A DNA stretch of 6,386 bases from Escherichia coli (GTDB lineage: Bacteria > Pseudomonadota > Gammaproteobacteria > Enterobacterales > Enterobacteriaceae). A program made the translations under genes and the position numbers. Shown one piece after another: positions 5,126-6,386 of this stretch (positions are counted from its first letter, which is position 1; each line of letters begins with the position of its first letter). The notes beneath the pieces were generated by a model that saw only the letters and a list, made by a program, of their open reading frames with translations, did no database searches and was not told the origin of the DNA. The stretch is from assembly GCF_003334305.1 (NCBI RefSeq), contig NZ_QOWS01000049.1; one strand, 5' to 3'.

Positions 5126-5221
5126 ATGATTAATCTGTTAATCATCGTTCTCAGGGCTGTGGTCGCCGTTGCAAACGCGCTGATTGCAATTCTGGAACTG
5201 ATTCGCCAGTTCATCGACTGA
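5126..5221 (+). CDS. 31-aa hydrophobic peptide, type I toxin-like (MINLLIIVLRAVVAVANALIAILELIRQFID)
   Basis: ATG at 5126 with GGAG 6 nt upstream. An in-frame stop lies upstream at 5096-5098, so this is the first possible start. The peptide has one predicted TM helix and a charged C-terminus. A near-identical paralog is at 6044..6139. It is not in the ORF track, which lists only the antisense frame 4909..5214. Confidence 0.6.
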   Translation: MINLLIIVLRAVVAVANALIAILELIRQFID

Positions 5222-5446
5222 TGACAGCGGAAACGTAACTAAGGACAGGAAGTGAACCGCTTCCTGCCCTTTAACATACTGTGATATTTTTCAAAAAAAC
5301 TCACCAATATTCTCCTCGGCAGAAATGACATAACTCACTGTAAAATAACAAATCATCTAAACGCCAGCTTTGTATTGAGCGCGTTGGCCAACGCCTTTAT
5401 CAGCTGCGACCGCACCAGATAATTTGAATAAGATTTCCCGCATCAC

Positions 5447-5472
5447 CTGGACATACAGGTTATTCTGTCCAT
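5447..5472. repeat. Dyad-symmetric motif copy 4 (CTGGACATACAGGTTATTCTGTCCAT)
   Basis: TGGACA (5449-5454) / TGTCCA (5466-5471), with an inner dyad ACCTG ... CAGGT. It lies in the spacer between the two peptide units. Confidence 0.6.
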
Positions 5473-5764
5473 ACCTCATTAGTTACAACATTCACGCGTT
5501 CTGTTCCTTTATCCGGTGCCCTGTTCCAGTATATGTGCCCATATCCTGGGTTATTCAGGATAACCGCTTCCTTTTCGCCCTGTCCTGTCGTTCATATCCC
5601 CCTGGACAAAAATGCATTATCGGAAAAAATGTCCAAAATTTTTTTGGTGATCGGAATTTTTGTTGTCGGACGCACCTCTTCTTCAGGTCATAATTGCTGA
5701 CACATCCCAAAAAACAGGAGCGGAGATTTAAAAATTGAGTCACTTACCCGCCAAAATTTTCCAG

Positions 5765-5905
5765 ATTTCACGTAGCGTACCGTCGATACTGTATCCATCA
5801 ACAAATGACTATTTTTTGAATGTGTCATTTCCTGTAACCTACTGAAAAATATCAGTGAATGACAATATCGGCGACAGCATCGGAGCTGATAGCCAGTTTC
5901 CTGAA
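5765..5905. repeat. Repeat block U, copy B (homologous to 4505-4645)
   Basis: Same anchors as copy A. It is preceded by a candidate -10 (CATAAT, 5689-5694) and followed by the hairpin at 5994-6032. Confidence 0.55.
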
Positions 5906-5993
5906 TGCATATGGCCAGAACAGTAAATTTGAACCAGGTTCTCACGTCACCAGGCGACGTGTCTGGGAAACTGGTGAACAACAGGCACAGAAA

Positions 5994-6032
5994 AGCCCAA
6001 CTTTATGGGGGTCAGTTCAGTGAGGTTGGGCT
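5994..6032. terminator. Hairpin homologous to the sRNA terminators (8-bp stem, enlarged 23-nt loop), directly upstream of the second peptide gene
   Basis: AGCCCAAC (5994-6001) pairs perfectly with GTTGGGCT (6025-6032). The loop ends in TCAGTGAG, compared with TGGTGAG in the other copies. On the plus strand, A4 lies upstream and no U tract follows. Confidence 0.45.
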
Positions 6033-6043
6033 AAGAGAAACGA

Positions 6044-6139
6044 ATGATTAACCTGTTAATCATCATTCTCAGGGATGTGGTCGCCGTTGCAAACGCGCGG
6101 ATTGCAGTTCTGGAACTGATTCGCCAGTTCATCGTTTGA
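6044..6139 (+). CDS. Second copy of the 31-aa peptide (MINLLIIILRDVVAVANARIAVLELIRQFIV), possibly degenerate
   Basis: ATG at 6044 with a weaker ribosome-binding site (AAGAG). It differs from copy 1 at 7 nt (V8I, A11D, L19R, I22V, D31V, one synonymous), and two of these put charged residues in the hydrophobic core. It lacks the sRNA, promoter and leader block present upstream of copy 1. Confidence 0.45.
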   Translation: MINLLIIILRDVVAVANARIAVLELIRQFIV

Positions 6140-6309
6140 TGACAGCGGAAACGTAACTCAGGACAGGAAGTTCCAAATAGCTCCCAGCCAGCATATGTAA
6201 TTTTCAAAGGGGCAGTTGTTAACTCTGTAATAACGCCATGTAAAGTATTCCTGCCCCCTCCATGATCCTCCATAGTATTTCTTGAGTTAATTTTCAAAAA
6301 GCTTCTGAT

Positions 6310-6386
6310 GGTGATGCTGCCAACTTACTGATTTAGTGTATGATGGTGTTTTTGAGGTGCTCCAGTGGCTTCTGTTTCTATCAGCT
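6310..6386 (+). mobile_element. IS1 insertion sequence, left end (element continues beyond the window)
   Basis: GGTGATGCTGCCAACTTACTGATTTAGTGTATGATGGTGTTTTTGAGGTGCTCCAGTGGCTTCTGTTTCTATCAGCT matches the IS1 left inverted repeat and the insA 5' region as I recall them. It is in the same orientation as the IS1 fragment at 1-77. Confidence 0.9.
6365..6386 (+). CDS. insA: IS1 InsA, N-terminal fragment (GTG start; continues beyond the window)
   Basis: GTG GCT TCT GTT TCT ATC AGC translates to (M)ASVSIS, the InsA N-terminus as I recall it. Confidence 0.7.

Noticed and set aside
4909-5214. 101-aa minus-strand ORF from the ORF track, antisense to the first 31-aa peptide gene
   Set aside because: It has no ribosome-binding site and an Arg/Ser/Thr-rich, low-complexity composition typical of an antisense frame. 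The plus-strand 31-aa ORF has a GGAG SD and a coherent hydrophobic helix, so I take the plus strand as coding.
5787-5806. LexA-box-like sequence TACTGTATCCATCAACAAAT in repeat block B
   Set aside because: It matches CTGT-N8-ACA but has A instead of the conserved final G of the CTG-N10-CAG core. The equivalent position in copy A (CTGC ... AAAA) is worse. It is tempting because DinQ and TisB are SOS-regulated, but the support is insufficient.
5424-5981. ORF-track frames 5424..5693 (+), 5555..5743 (-) and 5688..5981 (-)
   Set aside because: They overlap one another and the repeat block, lack ribosome-binding sites, and have Cys/Arg-rich atypical composition. Most likely non-coding.
6031-6297. 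88-aa minus-strand ORF from the ORF track, antisense to the second peptide copy
   Set aside because: Same argument as for 4909..5214. Its apparent conservation between the two copies is explained by DNA-level conservation of the peptide gene on the other strand.

Overview
This 6.4-kb window is an enterobacterial (E. coli/Shigella-like) accessory segment bracketed by two IS1 copies in the same orientation: an IS1 right end at 1-77 and an IS1 left end from 6310. IS1 identity is from my memory of the IS1 sequence; no search was run. Between them, in order: (1) a minus-strand ORF (73..735) with a PD-(D/E)xK-like motif whose stop codon is supplied by the IS1 terminus, so it is probably truncated; (2) three small ORFs with predicted membrane helices (905..1099 +, 1175..1654 -, 1772..2221 +); (3) a strongly AT-rich, monocistronic 500-aa ORF (2838..4340) built from two homologous halves, function unknown; (4) a repeat-rich region that I read as a type I toxin-antitoxin-like array. 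That array has two copies of a 31-aa hydrophobic peptide gene (5126..5221 and 6044..6139, both absent from the ORF track because they are short and overlapped by longer antisense frames). The first copy has a divergently transcribed ~90-nt antisense RNA candidate whose 5' end is complementary over 24 nt to the peptide mRNA leader. An orphan paralog of that RNA sits at 2273..2358. A ~26-bp dyad-symmetric motif recurs four to five times near promoters and terminators. No rRNA, tRNA or CRISPR array is evident. All functional assignments are inferences from sequence.
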